DNA of 64,000 nucleotides from Eledone cirrhosa (Eukaryota). The notes beneath the pieces were generated by a model. That model saw only the letters and a program-made list of their open reading frames with translations. It had not been told where the DNA came from and did no database searches. The stretch is from positions 4,030,001 to 4,094,000 of the forward strand of contig OZ024743.1 in assembly GCA_964016885.1 (NCBI GenBank), read 5' to 3'. A program made the translations under genes and the position numbers. Below, piece after piece: positions 25,683 to 38,719 of this stretch (its first letter is position 1; every line of letters begins with the position of its first letter).

Positions 25683-26407
25683 CAAATATTTACTCATTAC
25701 ATATCGGATAATCGTTTTAATAACGCATGTTGATGAAAGCTAATATTAGCTACTTCATCGATCTTATATATAAATATTAACTGATAACATAGGCGCAATG
25801 CCTCCCATTTCGAGTAGGGCTTAATTGACTCCAGTACTTGAATGTAAAGTTATTCAATCGAGTTCCGAAGAATGAAAAGCAATATTGATGTAGGCGGAAT
25901 TTGAATGTAGAGTTGAAACACATATCACAACATATTTGGTCTCACAATATACTTTATCTACTTTATATCTGAATAATAACAATCATATTTAACTCTGTTA
26001 CGAGGGCACTGGTTACGAATGCATACAGATGATCAAATGGAGCTCAAGTCTTGAATGCTATTCAATGTATTTATTGATCAGGAAAGGATAAATCGTAAAA
26101 TCGACTGCGATACTGCTTGAAATCAGAACATGTTTATAAAAGAAACAAGTTCTTAAATTTTATGTGAGAGTAGAATAATCGGCTATTCAAACTGGTAGCT
26201 TGCAAATAAGTGTCAACCTCAACGTGATTTTAAATCATAGCATAGAGAGACCTAAATAAATACAAATAATTTTATGGAATACATTTAAGATTCAGCCACC
26301 AACCGTCATTAAATTCTATTAAACAATTTCTATTTATTGTATCTATGATCCATCTTTATACTATTAACAATAATACCAATAATAACATTACTACTACTAA
26401 TAATACT

Positions 26408-26621
26408 AGTTTCTACTCTAGGCACAAGGCCAGCAATTTGATTGGGCGGCAAACGCTGATTAAATCGACCCCAGTGCGTTACGGGTACTTTATTTTATCG
26501 ACCACATAAGGATGAAAGGCAAAGCTAACCCTGGCGGAATTTAAACTCAAACCGTAAAGGGCCGTAACTCTATGTTGCGAAATATTGTGTCCGACGCTCT
26601 ACCGATACAGCAAATCGACCG

Positions 26622-26622
<1 letters not shown>
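26408..26622 (-). mobile_element. SINE-1 copy at the left edge of the retrotransposon array
   Basis: Reverse-complement SINE-1, followed by (TAC)n at 26623-26682 and a short (TAA)n. Confidence 0.8.
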
Positions 26623-26675
<53 letters not shown>

Positions 26676-26692
26676 CACTACTAATAATAATA

Positions 26693-29600
26693 CTTTCTTT
26701 ATTAACCACGAGGGTTTACATAAAGTAGACATTAAGGACAGTACAGGACAAACAAGACGGTACAAATTGGCATTTCTGCGTGTAAAAAACAAAAACAGAG
26801 GATGTAACAAAAAAAAATAACAATGAAAAATTCCCCAATACGGGGGAGACTTCTGAGGGACATTCGTGGAGAAAGCCCATTAAAAAGCCACAGTGACCCT
26901 AACCACCAGGACAAGTGCCCTCTCCCAGTTTTCCACCTTTAATTTACAGACACATACTCAGAGTAAGCCCATTCACTCGGGCCATTCTTGATCTCTCACC
27001 CATCTTTCAGCAAAATGCTGGGAAGAGAGCACTTCCCTCTCTACCCTGATTTTCCTTTTCCACAAGTCAGCAATGCTCGGACACTGGACGAGTGCGTGCA
27101 GGACGGTTTCGTCGCCCTGCGCGCACCTCGGACATGCTCGGCTGACGGCACCTCCATGCCTGTAGAGTTTATCTCGAACTGGCAAAGCTCCTCGGTAGCA
27201 CTGCCAGGCCGGGGATTTATGGAAGTTGTCCATAGGCCCCGGCCCGAAAGTTCTTCCGAAGAGATTGGCTAGTTGATTTTCGTCGACGCCTAGAGTTTCT
27301 CCAAGTACGTCGTCGCTCTTCCCCTCCACTAATCCTCTATAGAACGCCAAGGTGGAGTTTCCACCTATCACATTGCCCGATTGGTCGAGGGCTGTGAGCG
27401 CCTGAAGACATTCCAGTCTCCAAGCGCTCCCTCTCGGTCTTCGCTTGACCCAGGACTGCAGCTTCGTCAAGGAGACGAGCTGGGGAAAGACGTGTCTAGC
27501 AAATGGAGACCACAGCTGATCACCGTCGAGGAAGAGGTGGAGATGTCGTAGCCTGAGCGCGTGTCTGCGCATCATCAGCCACGGCATGCCCAGCCCTCCA
27601 CGTAGCGGGTGTTGACAGCAGATGGAAGGCCTGACCATCGGAGCGCGTCCCTTCCGCAAAAAGCGAAAGAGCAAATGCTCCAGCGCAGTCAGGCGCGGAT
27701 TATGACAAGGTACGACGGTCAGGCGGTAGTAGATGACGGACGCCATGTACGCGTTAGCCACCTCCGCTCGATCTTTCAGGGATAGCTTCCTCTCCGCCCA
27801 TTTCTGGGTGAGAGAAGCCACCCTGCTCGTCACCTCGTCCCAGTTTTTGTCCGTCTGGAGGTCCGGACCGAACCAGACCCCGAGCAATTTAACCGGTCCG
27901 TCCGTCCAGCGTCCGACGACGCTGTTGGACGGCATGGACCAGCCTCTCCAGGTGCTGAGCTGGAGGCCCTCTGACTTTTCCTGGATGATCATTGCTCCTG
28001 TAATCGCTTCGTATTCTCTTAGTGTAGTGCCGATCGCCTCGATGTGTTTGGCGTTCGACACCACTACAGTGACATCGTCCGCATGTGCTGACACGGATCT
28101 TCCGCATCCTAGTTCACACGGGACCCCCCTTAACGTCTCCATTTTGTGCAGTAATGGCTTCAGAGTCAATACGTGCAAGAGGGACAAGAGGGGACATCCT
28201 TGGCGGACCGAGCGCATGATGCTGAACGGTTCCGAAAGGTGACCGTTCACTCTCACCACAGAGCAGATGTCGTTGTGCATGGCAGCGATCCAGCCTCTGA
28301 AGACGGGCCCAAAGCCAGCCGCCCTCATGACTGCCGCTAGGTAACGATGGTCGACCCTATCGAAAGCTTTCGACTGATCTTAATTGATCAAGGATCCACC
28401 CGTGCCAGGTTCCCTAGCTACTCTCTCTACGATGTATCGCATGAGGTGGAGGTTGTCGTGGATGGATCTGTTGCGAATGGCGCATGTCTGCGCCCCTCCC
28501 ACCAGACACCCAACGACAAGCGCCAACCTCTTTGCTAGCACCTTGGCCAAAATCTTGAACTCTGTGTTTAGCAGAGTTATGGGCCTGAAATTATCTATGG
28601 TATCCCCCTTGTTCAAATCCTTTCTCAGCAGCTCCACAGCGCCTCGGCTCACAGAGCTGGGAATTCTTCCGTTCTGTTGCCAGTTGCAGTAGACGTCCGC
28701 CAAGAGGCCTCCGAACAAGTCTGGCATCTGTACGTAAAGTTCATAAGGCAGACCATCCAAACCAGGCGATTTACCCCTTGTGCAGCCAGTCATTGCCTCC
28801 CGTACTTAAGCGGCTGTTATCGGCTTTTCGCAACACTCCGCCTCAGTGGCCGTGAGCCGCGGCAGTCCGTCGAGGTAGACACTAAAGTCCATCCCTCGAT
28901 TCGTCCCGCCGCTGCCCCCGAACAGCTGGGCGAAGTGTCACTGGAAAGCTGCACATATTTGCCCGGGATCGAGTAGCATGCGCTCGTCGTGGTCCACCAA
29001 AGACCGGATCCTGGCTTCGTTGCCACGACGCGCCTCCACCACTCGGGCCCATTGAACGGCTTTCGCCCCCTCGTGTCGTCTGAGAGCACGCACCCTAGCT
29101 CTGACAACGCAGCCTTCGTGCTTCGCATTGAAGAATTGGTCAAGGGCCAATTTCGCCGCAAGTACGTCGGTCGCGATGCCTTTGCTAAGTGCCTCGTCTA
29201 ATTTTCTAACTAGTTCTCCCTCTGCTTTATTTTTCTCTATTGCTAAAGCCTTACTAAATCTAATAGACTCTATTCTACTCGCTCTTTTCAGAGCAAACCA
29301 CCACTTGTTGTTGACGATGGCCCCCGTCAACACCCTCTTAACTAGTTCGCTAATCCGGTCTCTGTAAGCCTTGCGCGCTGGTAAGGACGCGTTTAGCTTC
29401 CAGTAGCCGGGTCCTCGTCTATGAAGCCTATTTAAGTCAAGCACACAGATCACGAGTTTGTGGTCCGTGTAGCTGAGTATCTTGAATTGTGGACAGCCTA
29501 TGCTAGACCTATCTATTTCCCTACAAAATACTCTATCTAGATATGATCTGGATGACCCAATGAGATTTGTCCAAGTCCACATTGGCACATTCGGGAAATC

Positions 29601-32313
29601 CAATCGGTACCTGTCAGACAGTTCAAAACGCCTGAGCAGGTTGGTGAGGCTCTTGTACCCTCCTCCCCTATCCGCTAATCCCACACAGTCCTAGCGTGCA
29701 TCTAAGATCCCGTTCCAGTCGCCCACTAACACTAAAGAGCGGGACGTTCCAAGAAAGGTCTCCAGACGCCGGAAGAAATCAGTCCGCCCTGCTCCTCTCG
29801 AGGCATAGACGGCCACTAAGCCTGAAAGCTTGCCGTCTCCGCTGGTCACGTCCAGCACCACCAACTTACCTTCTGGGTCCAGGAAGATGGACCGTATAGC
29901 GAGATCCAAACCTCTCCGAAAAAGCACAGCAACTCCTCCCCCGATCCAGGACGGCTGGGAGATACGTACACATCGTAACCGCCGAAGATCGGTGCGAAGG
30001 CCCGTGCTTCGGAGATTCTGGTCTCGCTGATGGCCACTACATCTATGTTTAGTGACCTGAGGTCGTTGGGCAGGTGGCCCTGCTTCCATGACGACCCCAA
30101 GCCACGCGCATTTATGCTGCCTATTCTGAGTGAGGTCACGTTGAAATGGAGTGGAAAAGATGGGAAAGACCACTTACCTTACTTCTCGTAGAGGAAGGAT
30201 GGTTTCTCCATCCTTTTCACTGCTTGTGGCCTCCTCCGGAAGGATGTCCTTATAAATCCTCCTGGAGAGTGTTTGTCGGAAGTCTGCGATGTCTTTGGGG
30301 AATTTTTGTTTTAGTGTCGTGTACGTTTTCTGTGTGATGCGAGTGATTTGTATGTGTGGAGGTGGTGTGAATTTTGGGTTGTTGTGTCGTCTTTTTCTGT
30401 GATGCTGGTGTTGTGTTGGATGTAGTGTAATAATTGGTTGTTGTTTAAATTTAATGCTGTGTAGTGTGTATCGTTTTCGTTGTTTTGTTTTGTTTGCGTT
30501 TGTTGTGGGTTTGTTTCTGTTTCGCTTTTTGGTGACTTTTGTGGTGTTAGTGATGGTGGTGTTGGGGTTAATGATGGTGATGGTGTTGGTGTTTGTGATG
30601 GTGGGGTTGGTGATGCTGGTGTGGATGGTGGCATATCTGTCCTAACTGTTTTGTTTGATAGTTTATTTGTTTCCCTCTGTATTTTGTTTTTGGATGGGGA
30701 GGGAAGAGAATTTTTTCTTTTTTGGTCTCTTTTTTTCTGATACCTTTTCCCACTCCTTGTCGTCCCAATCTGTCTCCAGTTGTGATAGGCCGGGGAGTGG
30801 AAAATGCTCCACAGGCGTTGGTTTTGGTTGTGGCGTGGTGGATGATGTAGGCGCTGGTGCTAGTTCTGGCGCGTTGGGTGGTAGTGGCGTTGGTTTTGCT
30901 ACTGTTTCTGGTGTTGTTGCTGTTACAGTTGCTTCTGTTGTTGCTGCTACAGTTGTTGCTGCCATCTCTGCTGCTGGTGGTGCTGATGGTTGAGTCACTG
31001 GGGTGGGTAAGAGAGATGGCCTCAACCTTTTAGCCTGAGGGCAGAAAGCCCTTAAGTGGGTTCCTTCACCACAAACGACACACCTAGGCCTTCTGCCCTC
31101 GACGATTACGGTGAGGTGGCTGCCGTCAGTGAGGTCTATTACCTCAGGGATCTCCTCAATGCTTTTTTGGTCCGCTTGGATCAGGAGCTCCATCCCAGAT
31201 CCGGACCAGTTCTCCTGCTTTTGTTTCGCTATTTCTATTATCTTGGTGTTGGCTTCGATGCCGGCGAGGACGGCAGCCATTAGCCAGGGAATTTCGATGG
31301 CCGGTGGAACGTGGGTCACCCTGGTCTTTACGAGTCTCTGTCCACAATAGCTTGGGACGGGTGTGAAGTCGTCACTTCTTAATGGGGCCATGGAGTGTTC
31401 TCTGGCCTCCTGTGGTGTTTCAAAGAACACGTCCACGGTTCCATATTTCTGCCCACGTCTGATGTGGGGTTATTTTTCCCACACATGTCCCAAAGCTTTT
31501 TGGATTTGGGACTCGGATGCCCGTTCCACTCGGCGCGATTTTATGCTAATCGTCCGATAAGACACGGTGGATCGGCGCCGATGCTCCATTTTATTAGGTG
31601 GAGTGGGGTGGGGGGTGGGGGTGAGGCTGACCCTGTATCCATCTTTCTTTACCATTTTTTTGGCTTCTTCTAATTCCTCCTGAGTTACCTGGAATGCTTC
31701 GCACTGTTTTGCTACTCTGGCAAAAATCAGGATGGTTTTCTTAATTTCATTGTTGCTGTTATCGTTATTTTTGTTATTGTTAATTTTAGTTTCAGTTGTG
31801 GTGGTGGTGGCGTCAGTGGTGTTCGGTGTGGAAGAGTTCATTTTGGTTGAATTCATTTCGATATCACGAGGTAATTTATTTTTTTCTTTTGTTTCTGTTG
31901 TCGCTGTGGTGGTGGTGGGGGTGGCGGCTTTAACACCTGCAGTCATTGGTAATGGCGGGAAATGAATGTCTGCCTGAGACAAATTTAAAATATTGCTACT
32001 GCTTATATTTTTAGTGTTGGCAAACGTAGTAATATTTACAATGGTGGTGTCGGTGTGAGGTGTTAGTTTGTGAGGAAGGTGTGACTCTGAGTCGTCCATG
32101 TTTTTCAAAGAAAAATCTTTGTTTGATAATTATAAAAGCTTAAAATTTTGGGCTCAAGGCCCCAATCTTTATGAGTGTCCTTTTCAGTAATCAATGTATG
32201 TGCACTTATATACAGTTAACAATAAAAATTTTCAATAAATGGTAATTTTAAACAACTGAAAATAACAAACATTTACGGAGCTCACGATAATACGATTTAC
32301 TACGTAGGTCGCC
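26693..32313 (-). mobile_element. Full-length decayed Tx1/L1-clade retrotransposon, family A (copy 1)
   Basis: ORF1 pieces 31470-32108 and 30663-31436 (CX2CX4HX4C), ORF1b (~30174-30720), and fragmented APE-RT ORF2 (~26950-30139). 5' end GGCGACCTACGTAG; 3' end AATAAAGAAA(TTA)n. Confidence 0.95.
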
Positions 32314-32335
32314 AATAATAATAATAATGATAATA

Positions 32336-35300
32336 ATTTCATTTATTGGCCACAAGGGCCGACATATAGGGGACAATACAAAAGACTGGGACAGTGGGGT
32401 TTTACAGAAAAATCGAGTAAACAATATGAATAACAATAACAAAGTAACAATAACAAAGTAACAATAAAGTAACAATAAAATTACAAAAAGAAAAAATTCC
32501 CCAATCGGGCGGATGACCACCGAGGGTTCGCTCAGGTACCCCACCAATCCTGAACGACCCGATGCTACAAGAGCACCCTGGAAGGGCACCCCCCTCTCCT
32601 CAAATTTACCTACCTACAGCCGCATGACCAGAGTAGGCCCACTCACACAGGCCATTCTCGCCACATTCACCCACCTTTCAGCAAATGTACGGGGGGGGGG
32701 GGGCATTTATCTCTCCACCCTCACCTTCCTTTCCAAGTGCAACTTGAAAAAGTTGATGAGGGATTGGCCGAAGAGAAAAGTGTCTGTCTTCAGTCCTTTT
32801 AACCTGGTCCACCATATCACCTCTTTCGCAACTGCCACCAGAGAGAGGAAAATTTCCTGCTCTTCCTGACCTAAGGAAGGCGGTGGATCGATCTCCATTA
32901 TGGACTCGGCCGATAGCCGGATTCGTTTCACACGCGACAGTAGCTGTTCGACATAACTCCACAATTCAGTAATGCACGGACATTGGACAAGTGCGTGCAG
33001 AACGGTTTCGTCATTCTGTGCGCATCTTGGGCAGGTCCGTCTGACAGCACTTCCGTGCCTGTAGAGTTTATCTAGAACCGACAGTGCCCCCCCCCCGGTA
33101 GCACTGCCAAGCGAGGGATTTTTGGAAATTATCCATCGTCCTCGGCTCGAAAGTCCTCCGGTACAGACTGATTAGTTCGACTTCGTTGACTCCCAGAGCC
33201 TCTCCGAGTGCGTCGTCGCACTTTGCCACCACTAATCCTCTATAGAACTCGAGAGTGGAAGTTCCACTGACTGCATTGCCCGCCTGGTAGAGGGCAGTGA
33301 GTGCCTGGCAACATTCCAGATGCCAGTCACCCAGTCTCGGTCTCTTCTTGACCCAGGACTGCAGCTCAGTCAAAGAAACGAGCTGCGGAAAGGCCCGTCT
33401 GACAAACGGCGACCACACCTGTTCACCGTTTAGGCAGAATATCTTGAGATGCCGCAGCCTCAGCGCGTGCCTTCGCATCATTAGCCACGGCATGCCCAGC
33501 CCTCCACGTAGAGGATGCTGGCAGCAGATGGACCGCCTCACCAGCGGAACCTGACCCCTCCACAAGAATTTGAAGAGGAGCCGCTCCAAGATGGCGAGGC
33601 GCGAACGGGGGCAAGGGACGACGGTCAGACGGTAGTAGATGACGGACGCGATGCATGCGTTCGCCACCTCCGCCGGACCTTTCAGTGATAGCTTCATCTC
33701 AGCCCATTTCTGGGTGAGACTGGCTACCCTGCCCGTCACCTCGTCCAAATTCTTATCCACCTGGAGGGCTGGCCCGAACCAAACCCCTAGCAACTTTACC
33801 GGTCCGTCCGTCCAGCGCCTAACGACGCTGTTGGACGGCATGGACTTGTCTCTCCAGGTGCCGAGTTGCAAGCCCACCGACTTTTCTGGGTTAAGTTTTG
33901 CTCTCGTCAACCTTTCATATTCCTCCAATAAGTTGCCGACCACCTCGATTTCTGAGGTGTCCGACACCATCACGGTGATGTCGTCCGCATAAGCCGACAC
34001 AGCCTTTCCGCGTCCCGGTTCGAGCGGGATGCCCTGCAACAACTCCAGCTTCCGCAGTAAAGGCTCGAGAGTCAATACGTACAGAAGGGACGAGAGAGGG
34101 CACCCTTGACGGACCGATCGGGAGACCTGAAACGGTTCCGAGAGGTGGCCAATAATTTTGACAATCGAGCAGGTGCCGCTGTGCATTGCAGCAATCCAGC
34201 TTCTGAAGACGGGGCCGAAGCCAGCCGCCATGAGGACAGCCTCCAGGTACCGATGGTCGACCCTATCGAATGCTTTCCATTGATCTAAATTGATCAGAGC
34301 CCCACCGAAGCCAGGTTTACACCGTACCCTCTCTATGATGTATCGCATTAGGTGGAGGTTGTCGTATATGGACCTGGTTGGGATTGCGCAAGTTTGCGCC
34401 TCCCCAACCAAATCCCCGACAACAAGCGCCAACCACTTCGCTAACACCCTGGTCAAAATCTTAAACTCTGTGTTGAGCAGAGTTATGGGCCTGAAATTGT
34501 CTAATGCGTCCCTCTTGTTCTCATCTTTCCTTATCAGCATCACTACGCCCCGGCTCACAGAACTGGGAATACTCCCGTTTTGCTCCCAGTTGCAGTAGAG
34601 GGCTTAGAGGAGATTGGAGAACAAGTCTTGCATATTTACGTAAAGTTCGTAGGGCAGACTATCCATACCGGGTGACTTGCGCCTTATGCAGCCGACAACG
34701 GCATCATGAATCTCGGCTGAAGTAATTGGCCTTTCGCAGCGCCCAGCGTCAGCCGTCGAGAAATGCGGCAAGCCATCGAGGTAGGGACTGAAATCCTCCA
34801 CCGTCTCTGACCCGCCACTTCCCCCGAACAACCGAGAAAAATGTTGGCGAAAGGCCTCACACATCCGCTTGGAATCGCTCAGCTCGTGTCCGTCTCGGTC
34901 CGTCAAAGACCGAATCGTGGTTTTATTACCACGCTACGTCTCTGCTACGCGGGCCCATCGAACAGCTTTGGTTCCCTCTTTCTCAGCGCACGCACCTTAG
35001 CTCTGACAATGCAACCTTCGTGTTTCGCATTGAAGAAATGTTCTAATGCCATTCTCGCCGCTAGCACGTCAGTTGCAATGCCACTACCAATAGCCTCGTC
35101 TAACTTATCTACCAACTCCCCCTCCTTTCTATTTTTCTCTAACGCTACTTCTTTGCTAAACTCTATCAACATTACTCTAATCTCTCTTTTGAGAGCCCCC
35201 CACCATCGACTCCCCCTGTCAACTTTTTCTTAACTAAATAGTTGACCTGGTCCCTGTAAGCCTTACGTGCCGGAAATGTTTAGCTTCTAGTAAGCCGGTC

Positions 35301-37882
35301 CTAACCTACGCGTTTTATCTAGGTCGACCATACAAATCACAAACTTGTGATCTGAATAGGCGACCGTTTCAAAACGTGGACAGCTTACACTATTTCTGTC
35401 TATTTTCTTAATGAATATCCTGTCTATATACGATCTAGATGACCCTATGCGGTTAGTCCATGTCCACACTGACGCATTAGGGAAATCTAGTCGGTACCTG
35501 TCAGACAGTTGGAACTGGTTGATCAGGTTCTTGAGGCTTTTGCACCTCCGCTCCTATCGGATACTCCCACACAGTCCCAGCGTGCGTCTAAGATGCCGTT
35601 CCAGTCCCCGCTAACAGTAAAGGGCGAGACGTACCCAGAAAGGTTTCCAGGCGTCTAAAGAAGTCCGGCCACCAGTCTAAAGGCACCACCTTCGTTATTG
35701 TTCACGTCTAGGACCACCAACTTCCCGTCCGGGTCCCGGAAGATCGACCTTACCTCGAGATCCAGGCCTTTCATAAACAGCACTGCCACTCCGCCTCCCA
35801 TTCCCGGCCGGCTAACAGATGCAAAGATCTGATAGTCGTCGAAAATGGGGGCTAGTGCGCGCGTGTCGGAAATCCTGGTCTCGCTGACGGCAATTACATC
35901 CATTTCTAGAGACTTGAGGTCGTTGAGCAGGTGACACTGCTTCCAGGACGATCCCAGGCCTCGAACATTTAAACTTCCTACTCTTAATACGGCCATGTTG
36001 GCACGTTAAAAAGAGAGAGAGAAAAGGTTTACTTACCTTCCGGGCTCTTGTGAAGGTCGGGTGGTTCGACCTCCATAGTTGGTGGGGTTTCTTTTGGGAA
36101 CCCCTTTAAAAGTCTTGAAGTGAGTTTTACGTTCGGGGTTCCCACGTCCAGAGGAAAGCTGCCTCGTATTTCTTTGTATAAATCGAGCGACATTCGCACC
36201 AGAAACAAATTTTCCGGCACGCGAAATGTGTTCGATTTAAAAAATTACCCCTCTTTTTGAATATTTTCACTTCGTGCAACGAGGGACATTAGTTCTTTGT
36301 TGGCCCTCCTGACGAGCACGAAGTTTTGTATGTTTTGTTGGTGTGATTTTATTTGTTTGCGTGGCTGTGGTGGTGATGGTTTTGGTGGTGTTGTTTCGGT
36401 TGTGTCTGTGTTTGTTGTGAGTGCGGTGTCTGTGGTTTCAGATGTTTGTGTGTATATTTGTTCTTGCGTCTGTTTAGGTTGTTTGCGTTTGGGGGATTCT
36501 GGTGATGGTGATAGTGGTGTTGATGTTGGTGTTATTGGAGAGATGTTTGCGTGGGTGGTGTCTGCGTTTTTTTATTGTAGGTGATTTTGTGCTTTGTTGA
36601 GTTTATTTTGCTTTTTGTGTTTCCTTTTTTGTATTTTGGGGGATTTGGGTTTTCCCTCATCTTCACTACTGGTAGATGTAAGTGTGTCTGTGTGTGTGTT
36701 TATGGTTTTATTGGTGTGTGTATTTTAGAGGGATGGGGGAATTTGACAGCTTTCCTCGTTTCCACCCTGGGTGGTCAATGTTGGTGGTGGTCTTTTATTG
36801 GTGTTGTTGTTAGTGGTTTTACCGGTGCTGGTGTTGGTTGTGGTCCTCGCCCCGGCGTCGGCAGCAGTGGAGCCTTTCGACCCCTTGTATCTTTCAGCAG
36901 TTGAGGGCAGAAGGCTCGAAAATGGGTTTTTTCTCCACAAACAAAACAATGCGGCCTTTTAGCCTTCGGTCATAATGTGAATGACCGTCCCATTCTGACG
37001 GCGGATGTGGTCCGGGATTGTCTTCACATTCTCGGGCCTGATCTGGAGCAGGATCTTCAGGTCAACCCCGGACCAGTCCTCTCTGGCCGTTCTGGTCACT
37101 TCTTTCGGGATGGTATCTGTCCCCTCCACAATGATACATCCCAGAAGCCACCACATGTCAAGGGATTCTGGGAGTGCCGAGTTAGGTTGGCCCAGGTTTG
37201 CTCTTGCTTGATGAGTTTCCATGCCTGGGTCAACTTTTCATCTTTGTTTGAGAGGTCCATGTTGTTCCATGTGTTCTTCTTGTTGTCGTTGGGGGTGTTG
37301 TTGTCATTGTCGTTGTTCTTGTTGTGTTGTTGTTATCACTGTCGCTGTTATCATTGTTGTCTCTGGTGCCACCGTTGTTCTCGGTGCAGTTGGTATTGTT
37401 GCTGTTGGTGTTGTCGCTGTTTGTTTTCATGTTAGTGGTGTTGATATTGTTGTTGCATTTGTCATTTTTTTTTGTTATCTGTATTTTCGTTGTCGCTGTT
37501 ACTGTCATTATTTTCAAAATTAGAGTTCTCATTGGTATCATTGGTGTCTTTGTTTACATTGTTTGTGGTGGTGTTTGTGTTATCAATCTCTGTTAATTTC
37601 GCCGTAGCGCTTCTCTCAACTTCTACGTCGTTGTCGCACGATAGCAGACATATCGCTGGGGGGCGTGGCTCAGCCATGTTTTTTTTTGTATTTTTTCTCG
37701 ATAATTTTGTAAAAAAGTTCAAATATTTGGGCCAAAAGGCGCAAATATTATTCTTTCCCTTTCACACGGCAAAGTCCAAGGGCTTGTATGACTTACACAA
37801 CAACAAACAATTCAATAAATCAGTTTTGATAGGCAAATAAGTGAACTTACGGGAGCGAGCAAAAAGACGTCCGTTCAGACTC
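32336..37882 (-). mobile_element. Near full-length decayed Tx1/L1-clade retrotransposon, family B
   Basis: APE start MAVLRVGSLNVRGL (35996), RT 33068-34558 (RQGCPLS, YADD), ORF1 fragments with CFVCGEKTHFRAFC. Bounded by (TAA)n on both sides. Confidence 0.95.
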
Positions 37883-37902
37883 AATAATAATAATAATAAT
37901 AA

Positions 37903-38265
37903 AACAATTGTGATAGAATAATTCTTATTACAAATGGAACATAAGATATCAGTCTGTACTCTCAGGAAGTGGCAACGCATCACATTATGGCATAGGGCTC
38001 CAATATTTAATATTTAATTTTGTACCAGAAATTTTATAGTCAGAAAAGAAAATGGCTAGAAAACAACAGCCAAACAGCTAAATAACTTCACCACCACCGC
38101 CACCGCCACCACTGCATCATCGCTTCCACCACTATTCCCTCACCACTTAAGAGAGGGATGGTGGTAGTGGTAGTGCCGCTACACATGAAAAGAAGTGAGG
38201 AAGGTATTAAAAGATATAAATAGACTCGGTCTAGCAGCTAACAACAACAACAACACCAAAATAAT
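37903..38265 (+). repeat. Orphan repeat segment homologous to 53073-53915
   Basis: Shared blocks AATTGTGA...AATTCTTA.TACAAATG, AAAAGAAAATG, CCACCACTATTCCC and AAAAGATATAAATAGA. Confidence 0.65.
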
Positions 38266-38719
38266 TATGTTGTTTTATCTCTAAACTCTCTCAAAATGTT
38301 TAGTTTAAACGATGTCAAATCTAAACTATAATATAATAATAATAATTGTTTCTGCTTTTGGCACGGGGCCAGCAATTGTCCTGGTGTGTTGCTGGTGCTT
38401 TGTTTTGTCGGCCCAGTAAGAATGAAAGGAAAAATAAAAATAATAATGATAAGCAAGTCGAAAAATTATAGAACAGAACACAGACAGAAGCAAACGCAAC
38501 AACAAACACACATTTCAAAAGTTTTGAACACAAGAACCCCTACTTCCCTTAGCACCAGCAGCAACAACAACACTAGTAACCGATGTTACTGGCCTTGAAA
38601 AACGAAAGACGCAAAGGAAAAAAACAAACAAACAAAAAAAACTAAGTCAGACATCCAACCATTACAATAAAACTTATGTTTATTTTTTAAAGTTTTTGTC
38701 TATTTATTTGTTTATTTAT

